A DNA stretch of 63,795 bases, filler included, from Phoronis australis (GCA_002633005.1; 5 parts of 5 records of this genome joined end to end with filler, not necessarily neighbours in it); one strand, 5' to 3'; shown: positions 1 through 34,050, counted from the whole stretch's first letter. A program made the numbers and translations. The notes: a model not told the origin generated them from the sequence alone.

Positions 1-515
1 CTAGGAGGCGCCACAGTTGTCGAAATCGTCGGAAAATCATCGTCAACCGTCCTCTACATAGTTAGCATATACATGCCAATTTTCACAATCATCCTTTGAG
101 CGGTTTGGTTGATAGAGGGGTTGACGCACAAAAACAGACTCGAAAACACTAAAAATGGCCACTAGGTGGCGCAAACTATGTCGAATCCATCTGAAAACAG
201 CAGGATAGCTTCATCTCACTACTAGGTGCCTACATACCAAATTTCATGAAAATCCGTTCAGGACTTTTGAAGATACAAAGGTAAGCGTAAAAAACTAAAA
301 TTGCCACTAGGGGGCACACCGGTAGTCGGATCCGTCTGAAAGTTCGCACATGCCGTCCCATTCATGAATGGAACATATGTGCCAAATTTCATGAACGTAT
401 GTCAAAGGGTTTTGGAGATAGAGCAGCGGACGCCGGACGGACGCCGCCTGGACGGACGGACGGACAGAGATGACCGCATAATGCGTCCACATATAAATAT
501 GTGGGCACATAAAAA
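1..515 (+). mobile_element. Helentron-derived HINE/DINE-1-like non-autonomous element (3' part)
   Basis: Three ~145-bp core repeats, a (GGAC)n microsatellite at ~427-465, a 3' hairpin CCACATAT-AA-ATATGTGG (487-504) and an A-rich end. Degenerate relatives at ~4850-5045 and ~43750-44035. Confidence 0.7.
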
Positions 516-1906
516 CAAAGTTAACATTTGAGACCATTTATTCAAATGAATATAATCTGCTGAAACAAATGAATTCATGATATTAATTTGACTGTTATTT
601 ATAAAACTTAACAATTCCATTTTTAGTTTTGTTGAAACATTCTCACCAACTCTCAACACACAAAACCAATACATGAGTGAAACTTGGTTCAAAATGTGCT
701 ACAGAATGACCGTCACCTTGAAAACACACATTGCGTGAACATTTAAAGAAGCAGATAAATCAATATTTTAAAAAATTCTAGAACTGCAGGTATGCTGCTT
801 TCAAGAAATTTCTTAACAAATTGAACTTCAACCAAAAGGAGTACAAGGTTAGTATATAGTGCAATAGTTCACTATATAATAATGTATGAACAAAATTGAT
901 CGACAAATAAAATTTGAAATAACTTAAAATCGCAGTTACAACAATCAACAAGAAATCAACTAAAAGAACTATCTTAATAGTACAAACACTTCAGTATTGC
1001 AGGATAGATTCATGCATGTGACACAGTGTACACTAGTGACCCAACCACTCCTATCCCCCATGTGGCAGTGAGACACGACTAGGCTAGGGGTAAAGCTGAG
1101 AAAATATATTCACAGCTGTTTTCTGGGGTATCGTTCAATAGGTCATAAATTAATAGTTGTGAAGCTTCGGCCACAAAACAATATTTGGTTTTGGTCTGTA
1201 ACCAGACTTGTTTTGAGACTTGCTGTCACTGCTTTAGACACGCTTGCTTGCATCCATTTCAGCCAAGGCCAGATGTTTCTCTGTTTTTTCGTGGCACATA
1301 AGCAAAGTTAAGTAAGGATAGAAATGCCATGGTTTGTTGAGTGATGAGTAAAGAAAAAAAAATTACGCATCATTTTTACTTATCCCGGATAGATTTTATT
1401 TTTTGAAAAAGCAAATAAAAATACCGCACCACTGACAAGATTTTCAACAAAAAAAGATCAGAAACAACCACCGCCCAATCATGCTGTGCTAATTTGATCT
1501 CACAAATCAACTATCACTGGCCAGAGACAATAGGGGGCAGCACTGGTTCTGTAATGATTATGGCAGACTGTTTTATAGTCACAATACCAGGTCAAAATTA
1601 TGAATGCAATCTTGGCATAACAGGCCCAGATGCAGAGACCATTACATAGCGTACACAATCTCTACTCAGCCATGTCTAATGCAGCTGTGAAGTAACATGA
1701 CGTGCCCCTACACCTGTCCATACCGGACCCTCTTTGGCCACGATCCTGGATCTAAGCCAACATTTTATCTTGTACATTGGTCTTGTCAAACAGGTGGACA
1801 ACATTGAACATTGCGTAACACAGCAAAGGTTAAATAAAGACTAGGATCATGCTTAGTGGTAATAACTATAATGAATACAGTTCTAAAAAATAAATGCGTA
1901 GCAAAT

Positions 1907-2095
1907 CAGGGTCTGTTTCATGAAAAATTACTTATTTTTAATAAAACTTAAGTCAAAAATTTGGTCTTGCACTCCACACAATTATTTCTGAATAACAGAG
2001 AAATCTCAATTGACCTCTTTGAGAATTACGCATAACTGCTATTTACTGGAATAATTTCTATAAATCATTTCCTCCCTTCATGAAACAGATCCCTG
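1907..2095. mobile_element. MITE with CTGTTTCATGAA termini (relatives at ~11810-12073 and ~21560-21803)
   Basis: CAGGGTCTGTTTCATGAA … TTCATGAAACAGATCCCTG; similar termini and internal AT-rich motifs in two other RUNDC1 introns. Confidence 0.7.
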
Positions 2096-3017
2096 CCCAG
2101 GTAAGCCGAATGCCAGCTTGTGATGTATAAAGTCACCAAGCATCACTTCTGTCCACCTGAACAAGACCTCCCGACACCCATTTTGCTCCATGCTATATAA
2201 ATTATCATTCAAAATGACAACATTAACACAGTCCTGAATTACGTGGAATGCAAAGACTGAAAAGCGAGATATACAACAACTATGAACAACTTAGCAAAGT
2301 TTCACAAAATAATCGCATAACAACGAGACAAATTTACTACTGTTATCACTAGACTAAACAGCATGACACCAGCTGATCTTAACTACAGACCAAACTGTGA
2401 GGCAAGTAGAGACAAAAAACTAATGAAATGCAAGCCCCCATGTGTTTGAGACCCATGAGAAGACTTTGAGACTCGTTAAATAGGACACTACACCAAATAA
2501 AGTTAGACGTCTATCAAAGGCACAGACAAAACAAAGCTATGCAAGTACAGCTGACACTAGGCCTACAGATCTAAGATATAAAAGAATCGAGAAAAAATAT
2601 AGGAAATGCAAGAGATTTCACATCTAAGGATTAACTGCCTCTTGATCAGACCTCCATTGTACTTTTGAATTGTCCTAATTTAGGAATTGCACTTTTTATG
2701 AATATGTACACACCATTCACCATTAAGATATTAATTCACATGATAATGGTTTAACATCACAACCTTAAGTAAAATTCCCACCGTATATAAAGTGGAATCA
2801 AAAAGTTAAATCATCGCTGTGTTTTCGTCTAGTTTTCTAGCATTTCATGCTATCAGCACCACTACTGACTGCTCAACTAGCAGTACTACCACTACACTCC
2901 TCCCCACCATATTTCATTATTTACTTCGCTACAGCCACTAGTTTGCAAAATTTCAACAAAACTCCAGCTGCAAGTCTGGGGCCCATTTTGTCAAGTCACC
3001 AATCCGGTCTTTGCTGA

Positions 3018-3179
3018 GGGCTGTTCCAGCAAAATATGTATGGGAGGGGGGGAAGGCACTTTTATTTTGTACCCACCGCCCATATTTTTCATTGAGTTTT
3101 TTTCTGAAGACCACCACCCATGAATTTTTGTTTCTACTGCCGTCCCCCCCCTCCCACACGGATTTTACTGGAACAGCCC
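3018..3179. mobile_element. PIF/Harbinger-type (Tourist-like) MITE, 162 bp
   Basis: ~40-bp imperfect TIRs GGGCTGTTCCAG(C/T)AAAAT…GGGAGGGGGGGA, flanked by a TGA direct repeat (3015-17, 3180-82). Confidence 0.85.
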
Positions 3180-3710
3180 TGAGGCAGTCCTTCATTTTAA
3201 TTGCCAAGACCGTCATTATTCTAAATATGAATAATTATCAACTTAGTGACAGTTACAACGCTTATACAAATAAAACGTAGCATTGTATGCAAAGTCACAA
3301 GCCTACCGCAATCTAAGCTATGACCGGCCGAACGACCAGTGATAAAATGGGTCTCCTGAAGTTACAAGACATTATACAACCCTCACCTTATGATCAGCAT
3401 GTTTCAAATACATACAACAGCACGGTTAACCGGGCAAAATTTCTTAAGTGGACAAGTAGAATTTCATTTTGCAAAATTTCTCCACAAAAAATAACTTTTG
3501 AAGAGAATTTCACTTTTTGTTTGGCATGGCCTGTGCTGTACAGTTGTCACCTGGCAACACTCCGTAAAATTTTCAGCAGTTCACACCACTGTGGTAAGCC
3601 TTTGACAATTCTCACATTTTCTTTAGTTTCAAACTGAAGATATTTTACCATAAGTGTGACTCGCATGAACAATGACATTGGCTACATACAGCATGAGGTT
3701 GCGGGTATCC

Positions 3711-24663
<20,953 letters not shown>

Positions 24664-25585
24664 TTTGACCTGGAAAAATACATCAATCAGCTGTCAGAGT
24701 TAAGAAAATCGGCAAGTCATCAGCAATCTGGTCAAAATACCGGACTGCATTTGTAGAATTCAGGTCGCACTCATACTTTCCAGCTCACAAAGTATTGCAG
24801 ACTAAAAGGGGGAGGCAATAGGTAGTGTGTTTTCACCTCCATTTCAATGCCAGCTTTAAGTTAACTGGTTCCGTCACTCTATTTTTTAAGTTAATGGGAT
24901 TTGCATAAACCCCTCTATTGTCAGTTTGCATAAGTTGGAATTCCCAAGTCACACATGCGCGACAAATGCAAACTGGCCAAAATCTCAGCTTGCATTTCCA
25001 AATTTCAGTTCTCAAATGTGACCTGGAGCTAATTGTGAATCTCTATCACTGGATCACAGCAATTCTCAACTTTTACAGTAACAGGTGTGTTTTAGTACAC
25101 ACTACACACGACATTTCAACATAACATTGAGATCATGTGACTATATTGAACAGCTGTAGTTCACCTGTTGCATTCACAAAATTTCGATGTATGGCATGTA
25201 AAACATTAAATGGAATGGAATAATACGGGGTGATTCTGCCGAAACAGGACCCAAACCCTTGCTATTTGAACTAGGGACCTGAAGCTTTGTATAAATCTGA
25301 ACAAATGCTGTTGCATGTACTGTGCTTTGACATTGTGTTATTTTCGCCCGACAGAAGTATTTTATTGAACAGCGCGAGTATTTCAGTTCAGAAAGGCGCA
25401 TGGAGTTGTGCTTAGATGCTGATGGGGGACATTTACAGCACTTTAAGACATAGGCTCACTTAGACTATCTTGTCAGCTAAACTGTATTGTTCTAAATATA
25501 ACGAGCGTTGGGGAAAACCGTTGGCACTCTGCCAAAAACGCTACCATTAAAAATGCTCAGTATCAACATGAGCTCAGTGCATGGA

Positions 25586-25760
25586 TTTGACGGTCTGCGC
25601 AATTTGACGGTCCGCGCAATTTGACGGTCCGCGCAATTTGACGGTCCGCGCAATTTGACGGTCCGCGCAATTTGACGGTCCGCGCAATTTGACGGTCCGC
25701 GCAATTTGACGGTCCGCGCAATTTGACGGTCCGCGCAATTTGACGGTCCGCACAATTTGA
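25586..25760. repeat. 17-bp tandem array, ~10 near-perfect copies
   Basis: Unit TTTGACGGTCCGCGCAA; only the first and last units have a substitution. Confidence 0.97.
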
Positions 25761-27768
25761 AATTCCTGCATCAACTGGAAAAAATATTAGTGAAAGTTTG
25801 ATGCCTGTTTCGGGAGAATCATCGTTTAGAATGCCGTCCCTACAGCAGCCCATCCAGTTACAGCCACTGCATCTGTAGGATCACAAGAATATTCAGCAAG
25901 TGCTTGGATAAATGTTTTATCCAAATGATAAGCATTGATAGCTAAGGGCAAGTTTGGTTATTGCAATTGATTTATGAATTAGAGTACATTAGCTTGCCGA
26001 GAGAAGTCCAAAAACTTAGGCACACTGACACTGGACACCAGAAATCAGAAGAAATAGCGTGTTTTAACTCCTACTGGAGAATTTCCAAAATGGCACCCGC
26101 TAACAAAACGCCCCTTTTGGATTCAGGATCATTTCGCACTTCTGACATCGATATAAAAATGTTATTTTACACACCTGAAGTTTTTCAGCAAATTATGCCT
26201 CGCACCAGTTAAATTGTCAAAGTCACGTCGCTATAAGTTAAGTACCATTTGTGCATAAAGTGGTCAACATCATAGGAAGCTACTGATGTCTTTAAATCCT
26301 TACAACTTGAATACTTTGGAAATCATCATTTCTTTCCAACACATCCCTTCGTTTGTCGACGAAATTGTGAACTGAGTATTTTTGCTGTATTTACGTCTCA
26401 TCTAAATACTCAAACCTGTGGAATTAGCCAATTTTGATCGCTGACACACAACACTGGCTTTCCAGCATTAGACCGCCAAGTTCGCCATTCATGTACCTGG
26501 CACAACCTACTAGTAGGATGCTAAAGGTCAACATGAACAATATCGGTGATGAATGAATGAATACATCAGAAAAAAATCTTAAAAGAAATTCCTGAAGTGT
26601 GGAATTAAAAGGATACTGATGGCCTCCGCACTTCTCCAAATGTGTCCTAACTCAGAACACCCTGGGCTGTGAGAAATTTCAGGGTCTAACAGAACTCAGT
26701 ACACTGTTGTACCAGCTAAATTTTGAGGACAGTCTTCATACAGGCAAAGCCTGGCAAAGCTGCTGGCTGGCTAGGCAACACGTAGCCCCTCGGTTGGCCA
26801 GTTAGGGGTTAAATACTTCCCATACTAATTTCGTCCTGTGTATTTTAAATGGGCGGTAGGTGAAATCCGCTCACCAATTAAAGAGTTTTCACCTCGTCAA
26901 AAATACATTCTACACTTAAGACAATCACTTAAAAAGGCGCTTGCGTTCTTCAGTGATCCTTTCTGCTTCTACACATATCTTCGATGAAGCATATCTATGA
27001 GAATTACTATGTAAAGGTGGCTTTGGCGAAGAATTCTAACTCCACTTTTTTGGTTTTTGGTCACCGTTAACTTGTTCACCGTGAGCGCGATAACCACAAA
27101 ATATTTCACCTGAGTCATGCGAATTAGACAGAGACTAGCACGAGACTGAGCGAAGCGCGTGATGTGGTGCGCGACACTTGCAAAACAGCATGGGAAGATA
27201 TCAGGTGAAATTTGTTAGATTTGTGTCCCTTGGACTTTTTGTTTGTCAACAGGCGTGATTTCACTTAACATCCTCAAAATGGCACACAGTGAGAGAGACT
27301 CGAACGAACCGCGATCGGATTTTCATGCATATGCTCAAGTTATAACTTAACAACATAAGTTATGTTGACTAAATTGTATCCAGTCATGGTATATGTGTTA
27401 ATTATAACTCTATGAGCATATGCATGTTTTATTCGATTTTATTTGCTCTATTTTGAAATGAGTAACTATTTATGGGGATATACTATCGCCCCTGTATCAG
27501 TGTACGGCTGCGGCATTCACATTCAGCCTCAGGGCGATGCAATTGCCTACTGGAGTACTGCCTCACTCAAGTCATAGTAAACTCATACTGGCTGGTTGGC
27601 TGGCTAGGCAGTGGTCAGATCCGGGCTTGAGTGAACGCCGTAATAACTTAAGAAAATGGCTTTGTACCTAACCTTCGGATAGACAATACCTGAAGTTATC
27701 CCAGATACTCATTCGATAGAATACCACAACCCTACTCACCGCTTATGTTTGAGAACCCCCCCCCCCCC

Positions 27769-27868
27769 NNNNNNNNNNNNNNNNNNNNNNNNNNNNNNNN
27801 NNNNNNNNNNNNTTAATTAATTAANNNNNNNNNNNNNNNNNNNNNNNNNNNNNNNNNNNNNNNNNNNN
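27769..27868. other. Artificial scaffold linker N44-TTAATTAATTAA-N44 (also 39625-39724, 58797-58896, 62488-62587)
   Basis: The same 100-nt structure occurs four times; TTAATTAATTAA places stop codons in all six frames. Confidence 0.95.
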
Positions 27869-30800
27869 TGTACTGGTTTGTTGAGCAAAGGATTTGCAAA
27901 GAAAGACTTGGGGCAGGTAGCCAGAAGACAGGCACCGCCAAGCAACACAGAAGAACAAAGGACAGAGACTCCTCGTTCGTCAATGACCGGAAACAAGGGT
28001 GACAAAGAGTGTTTCAATTGTCATCGGAAAGATCATATAGCAAGGGACTGCGGAATGAAAGACATCCAGTCCAAAAGATTCGCTTCAGGTAAGCAGTCGT
28101 CTGCCTCGCAGCAGGAACGGGCCAAGACAGAAGACACCAAGAAGTCGGTAATGTGTCAAGCTGTGTTAGCAAAGGGTAGTCCAATAGAACAGCACATAGT
28201 TGATGGCTGTCTCAAGTTAGTCGATGGGACATCAATACCTGTAGAGACAGGGACATGTGACAAGCACAGAGAGCCTCCTGCTGACCACAACATGCCCGTT
28301 TGTGACCGTTACGTCAATGACACAAAAGTACGCATGATGCGTGACACCGCATGCAGTAGTGCAGCGGTGAAGACGTCCCTAGTCAAAGAAAATCAACTGA
28401 CGGGGAAACAACACATCTGTGTGTTAATAGATGGGACAGCACAATCATTTCCCATAGCGAAGATTGAGGTAGACACTGCATACTTTGCAGATGAAATCGA
28501 GGCGAAGTGTATGCGAACACTAATATACGACCTCATCATAGGGAATGAGTTTGGCTTCAGCAAGGAACCAGATCCCAATTGGCAGACACGAGATAGTGTC
28601 ATGTCCGCAGTCACTACTGGAGCACAGGCTAAGAAGAGAGAGAAACCTATTAAGCCTTTGGCAGTGACCAAATCTGGAGTGGAAAGTCTCGACGTCAGCA
28701 AATTGAAGGACGAGCAACAACATGATCCTTCCCTACGTAAGCTCATGGAACTTATTGAGAAAGAAAAACCATAAAGAACACGTGGTAGAGGTCAATACTG
28801 GTTTGAGAAGCAGAAGGGGGTCCTGTACCGAGTGTATACTGATAACACCAAGAAATTGCGTCAGATAGTTGTCCCTTTAAATATCGACAACAGGTTATGA
28901 CGCTAGCTCACGAGTCAATCGTTGGTTGGCACCTTGGTGTGAAGAAGACCAGTGATAGAATAGCCAGTAGCTTTTATTGGCCATAAGTGGGCAGTGACAT
29001 AAATCGTTTCTGCAGATCATGTGACATCTGCCAGCGAACAACTCCTAAGGGCAGGATCTCTAAAGTGCCATTGGGTGAGTTGCCAATTATGGAAGTACCG
29101 TTCCAGCGTATCGCTGTTGATTTGATTGGTCCTGTGTCGCCAATCACAGACAGAGGTAACCGGTACATTCTCACCATAGTAGGCTATGCCACAAGGTACC
29201 CAGAGGCAGTCCCTCTACTCAGAATAGAAGCTGAGCGAGTCGCAGAAGCATTGTTTGAAACCTTCTGTAGAATCGGCTTTCCAAGAGAGGTGCTTAAAGA
29301 CTGTGGGACACAGTTTACCTCAGAAGTACTGAAAGAAGTTGCACGGTTGATATCCATGATGCAACTGTTCACCACTCCTTACTATCCGAAATGCAGTGGA
29401 TTGTGTGAGTGTACTAACGGTGTACTGGAGAGTATGCTTAAAAATGTGCCAAGAGCGTCCACAAGACTGGGACCGGAACTTACCAGCAGTACTCTTCGCC
29501 TACCGAGAGGTACCACAAGTCAGCACAGGTTCCTCGCCTCGCCATTTGATCTGTTGTATGGTAGAGCCGTGCGAGGACCTATGCAGGTGCTTAAAGAATT
29601 GTGGACTGGCAATGAAACACCAGACGTACGGAATACTTATGAGTATGTCCGCGACTTGCGACATCGTCTGGAAGAGACATGTGAACTGGTGAGGGAAAAT
29701 TTGCGAAATGCTGGTGAAGCATACAAGCACCATTATGACAAAAAGACACGAGGTCGTCGCTTCAAAGTTGGAGACCAAGTCCTAATATTGTTACCAGCCG
29801 ACAGTAACAAACTACTACTGCAGTGGAGGGGTCCCTATGAAGTGACCGATGTACTCAACAAAATAGACTACCGAGTAAGGGTTGGTGGAAAGACCAACAC
29901 ATACCATGCCAACTTGTTGAAACTATACGTAGGTGTCTCATGACCAAAGTGGGGCTGCAAGTAAAGATGATGCGGATCAGAATTCTGACATCGCAGCCAT
30001 ATCTGTACTGCTGCCTGAAATAGACAGTGAAGTTGGTGTTGTCGATGATGAACATCTACTAGAGTTGGGATCTACAAACCAAAAAGAAACATACAAAGAT
30101 GTCAAGATATCAGACGAGCTCACTTCTAGACAACGAAGGGAGGTGATAAGTCTGTTGGAAGAGTACTCTGACATCTTTAGTGAAGTACCAGGTACGACCC
30201 ATCTGGTTGAGCACAAGATTGAGACCATCAGTGAAGAGCCGGTGAGAGTCAAGCCGTATCCCCTGCCATATGCTACACGGTCGGTTGTGCAGGAGGAAGT
30301 TGACAACATGTTAAAGTGTGGAGTCATAGAACCATCCGATGCTCCTTATAACTCTTCGGTGGTCTTAGTGAAGAAGAAGGACGGTTCAAACCGATTCTGC
30401 ATCGATTTTCGTCGTTTGGACGCTATCACCAAGTTTGACTCAGAACCGACGGGCAATCCTGATGACATCATGGCTGAGATCAGCAAAGACCAGTATTTTA
30501 CGAAGGTTGATACTGGCAAGTCATTGTCGCCGAAGAATCACGACCCAATACCTCGTTTGTAGTACCAAGTGGTTGCTACAAGTTCGTAAAGATGCCATTT
30601 GGTCTGGTAAATTCAGCAGCGACCTTCAACCGCATGATGAGGAAGATGTTGGCAGGAGCACATAATGCAGAACATTATGTGGATGACACTCTCTGCCTGT
30701 AATAAGACCTGGACCGAACACCTTGCCACCTTGCGAGACACCTTCCAACGTGTGCGAGAGGCTGGACTAACGATTCGATCCACCAAGTGTTCGGTTGGAT

Positions 30801-32548
30801 CACGTTCCGTCGATTTCGTTGGACATGTGGTCGGTGAAGGGCACCTGGCTATGGATGAAGAAAAGTTAGGACGTATCCGAGATGCACCACGACCCAGAAC
30901 GAAGAAACAAGTTCGTTCTTTTCTTGGGATGGCTGGATACTACAGGAAGTTCATCCCAAACTTTGCTGAAATCGCCGTCCCGCTTACTGAGCTCACGAAG
31001 AAGAAACAAGCCAACACCGTGCAATGGGAAGAAGCTCAGTAGCATGCATTCGACACTGTTCGAGACCTGCTGACGACAGCACCCATAATGAGATTACCTG
31101 TTTCAGTAAACCTTTTATTGTTCAGACTGATGCGTCAGATACTGGTATAGGCTGTATTTTGTTGCAGGAGTATGATGATGGCAGGATCCCAGTAGCATGT
31201 GCTAGTAAGAAATTGTTACCTCGGGAACGGAATTACTCAGTCATAGAGAGGGAATGTTTGGCTATTGTATTTGCCATCAGAAAATTTGCGAAGTACTTGT
31301 ATGGTAAAGAATTTATCATTCATACTGACCATCAATCCCTGGCTTACATTCAAAAAGTAAGTTAGTCAATGGACGCATCATGAGGTGGGCCTTGTTTTTG
31401 CAAAACTATCGATTTAAGGTTGAAGTTGTCAAAGGCTCAGAGAATGTTGGTGCCGATTACCTGAGTAGGTTAGAGTATTGAAGATTCATGGAAATTGGGT
31501 AATAGGTCTAACTGTTAATCAATATTTAAGTCTTCCATGTTGAGACAATCTTAAGAAGAATTTCTTGAGGAGGGGCTTATTTGTCAGAATAAATATTGAT
31601 TATGTAATTAGTAAGAATAGATCCATTTTAAGTTACCCAAAATTTGTGCATATGTACTTTTAAATCATGGGGTAAGACTTGTCGACATGTACTTTAACGT
31701 CAAAATCTATTTTTACATGGTGTTTACAACTTTGGGTTCTGGGGTCAAATTACTCTAGAGATTCTAGAAAATTCTGAGAACAAAATGTAACAGCCAATAA
31801 TATGAATGGATATGATCACGTGGTATTATTAGCCAATCACTAAATAAGTAGAATGTTACATTATGGGCTGAAATCAACAAGATAATGAGATGCGCTATAG
31901 TAGTTGAAGCATAAAGACTTGCTACAGTGTACAGAAGCAATTGTACGACAGAGCCATCTCTTGGAAGATTGTAGAAAGTATCTTGGTAAGGGCAAGGGTT
32001 AACGAACACGAAGTACTGTTAACTAAGAGCTTGTCACTTGCATCGTGGGTAGTAAGATACTACCTGAAGTGTTGCATCATCAGCCAGAGACTGTGATCAT
32101 CAAGAAGAATCGCGGGTAGAAGAAATTGCCTGCAAGTGTTGCATCACCAGAGACGGTGACCAGCAAGTACACTGCCGCTATACAGTGTGGTAGTTCGAAG
32201 ATTCGCCAACAGGACAGACAACCAACAAGTGGAGAGTACTAGCTTGGATTTGATTGTTTGTACCTTCCTCTGATAGAAAGGTTCAATGTCTTGATCACCA
32301 CCATTAAGACTTTGTCTTTCCCGTTCTTTTACGCCATTTAAAAAAAATTCACGTTCTCAACCTTTTTGAAAAAAGTGAGATATTCGGGGACAACATATCC
32401 ATGAGGCCCTAACTTAAAAAGTAATGACTCAACCAATTCACAATTAACATGTTTAGCATATCTCAGCAGAAGGTATGTACACGCACGTTTTTCAAGACCT
32501 GAGTCCGTGAACCTAGAGTCCAAGTTTTGGTGCTCCCTGAGAATGACA
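27869..32548 (+). mobile_element. Decayed Ty3/Gypsy LTR retrotransposon of Gmr1 type (gag-PR-IN-RT-RH); 5' end lost in the gap
   Basis: Motifs in order: CCHC knuckle CFNCHRKDHIARDC (~28010); protease MRDTACS (~28340); integrase CRSCDIC and PFQRIAVDLIGP plus GPY/F motif WRGPYEV (28900-29930); RT PYPLP, RFCIDFRRL, MPFGLVNSAATF, HYVDD (29950-31040); RNase H QTDAS, ERECLAIV, HTDHQSL, ADYLSR (31100-31480). Multiple stops and frameshifts. Confidence 0.93.
31582..32548 (+). repeat. Probable 3' LTR of the Gypsy element (~967 bp)
   Basis: Follows a purine tract GAGGAGGGG (31567-31575), begins TGTCA and ends TGACA, and contains CCAAT boxes (~31792, ~31831). The partner 5' LTR is not visible. Confidence 0.7.
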
Positions 32549-32715
32549 GATTCAATAATTTAGTTTCTTTGTTTGTTATTTACATAGCTGCACACCTGAA
32601 GAAAGGAGATTGTTTAGACATCGTGTCAAGCTTTCAAACAAAAATTTAGTTACGTAGTACGTTTATAGGTGTTTATGTGCTATGTTTGCATAGCTGTATA
32701 CGTGTATTATGGTTT

Positions 32716-32771
32716 ACATGTATGTATGTATGTATGTATGTATGATTGTATGTATATGTATGTGTTTACAC

Positions 32772-32807
<36 letters not shown>
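32716..32807. repeat. Compound microsatellite (TATG)n(TA)n(TG)n at a gap edge
   Basis: Read directly from the sequence. Confidence 0.9.
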
Positions 32808-33165
32808 TTNNNNNNNNNNNNNNNNNNNNNNNNNNNNNNNNNNNNNNNNNNNNNNNNNNNNNNNNNNNNNNNNNNNNNNNNNNNNNNNNNNNNNNNNNNN
32901 NNNNNNNNNNNNNNNNNNNNNNNNNNNNNNNNNNNNNNNNNNNNNNNNNNNNNNNNNNNNNNNNNNNNNNNNNNNNNNNNNNNNNNNNNNNNNNNNNNNN
33001 NNNNNNNNNNNNNNNNNNNNNNNNNNNNNNNNNNNNNNNNNNNNNNNNNNNNNNNNNNNNNNNNNNNNNNNNNNNNNNNNNNNNNNNNNNNNNNNNNNNN
33101 NNNNNNNNNNNNNNNNNNNNNNNNNNNNNNNNNNNNNNNNNNNNNNNNNNNNNNNNNNNNNNNNN

Positions 33166-34050
33166 AACTCTTTGCGCGAAGAAACTTAAAAACGAGACTT
33201 CGCACGTGACACCTTGATTCAACCAAATTTGATAAAAACCGTATTTTGATAGCAATTGTCTAACAGAAGATACCCAAGTATTTCTTCCATTCCTATCTAA
33301 ATCAACTAACATGTCATAAGCCGCTTTAGCGTATCTAGTAGGTGGCATTTTCAATAACTTTAGCCAATATTTTACACACGTGACATAATACTTTGCATAG
33401 AGCGGATAAATTCCACATTCACCCGATACAGCTGCGTTTGAGCAAGAGTTTCCAACTCCAAGAGCAATTTTACAGAATTTAACATAAACATTTTCAAGCC
33501 ATTCGTATTCTTTGAATCCCCAGATTTCCGCGCCGTAGCACATAGTTGGTACAGCAATTTTATCAAACAGTTCAAGTGATAGGCTCAATGGTAATTCCGC
33601 GCACCGGTTTCTAATTTTAGAGATGGACAAAGCAGCTTTACTACCTTGACGTGCCAGAGTTTTAGTGGCTTTGGACCAGACTAATCTTGGTGTGAAAAAT
33701 ATTCCAAGATACTTATATTGGGAGACAACCTCCACTACTTGGTTTCCATAATACCACTTCTCCTCATACGCTCTGAGTGGCCCGCCATTTCTAAAAACAA
33801 CGATCTTAGTTTTTTTCAGATTTACACTCATGCCCCAAGAAGAGCAATGATCATAAAAGCAATTAAACATTCTTTGCAAATTAATTTGAGTGCTCGAACA
33901 CAGAACCATGTCATCAGCATACAACAGCGATTTGACGTGCGGAGCCTCTTCATTGATATAAATCCCTCTAATATGGTCTACATACATATGTAAATATCCT
34001 TCGTCAGATGGCAGTTGAAATACAATGTAGTAGATATCCCCTAGCCCCAT
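33166..34050 (-). mobile_element. Non-LTR retrotransposon (L2/CR1/Daphne-like) ORF2 fragment: RT C-half and downstream region
   Basis: ~295 open codons with LLYADDMVL, KTKIVVF, YKYLGI, YGAEIWG, AVSGECGIYPL, VKYWLKL; runs into the N gap. Confidence 0.9.

Noticed and set aside
25492-25853. Repetitive ORFs (RGPSNCADRQIARTVKL)n, or a CRISPR-like array
   Set aside because: Translation artifact of a stop-free 17-bp tandem repeat; no spacers and a eukaryotic context.
26420-26560. MNGELGGLML…IK.WL, resembling the LINE ORF2 'GELGxxPL…KYWL' region
   Set aside because: Too short and too degenerate to call with confidence.
27325-27426. Imperfect inverted repeat CATGCATATGCTCA…TGAGCATATGCATG
   Set aside because: Short arms with an AT-rich interior; probably an old MITE remnant with no definable TSD.
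32669-33226. Long ORFs of 147-182 aa, and the C-terminal third of the 447-aa ORF
   Set aside because: They run through an N gap and a microsatellite.
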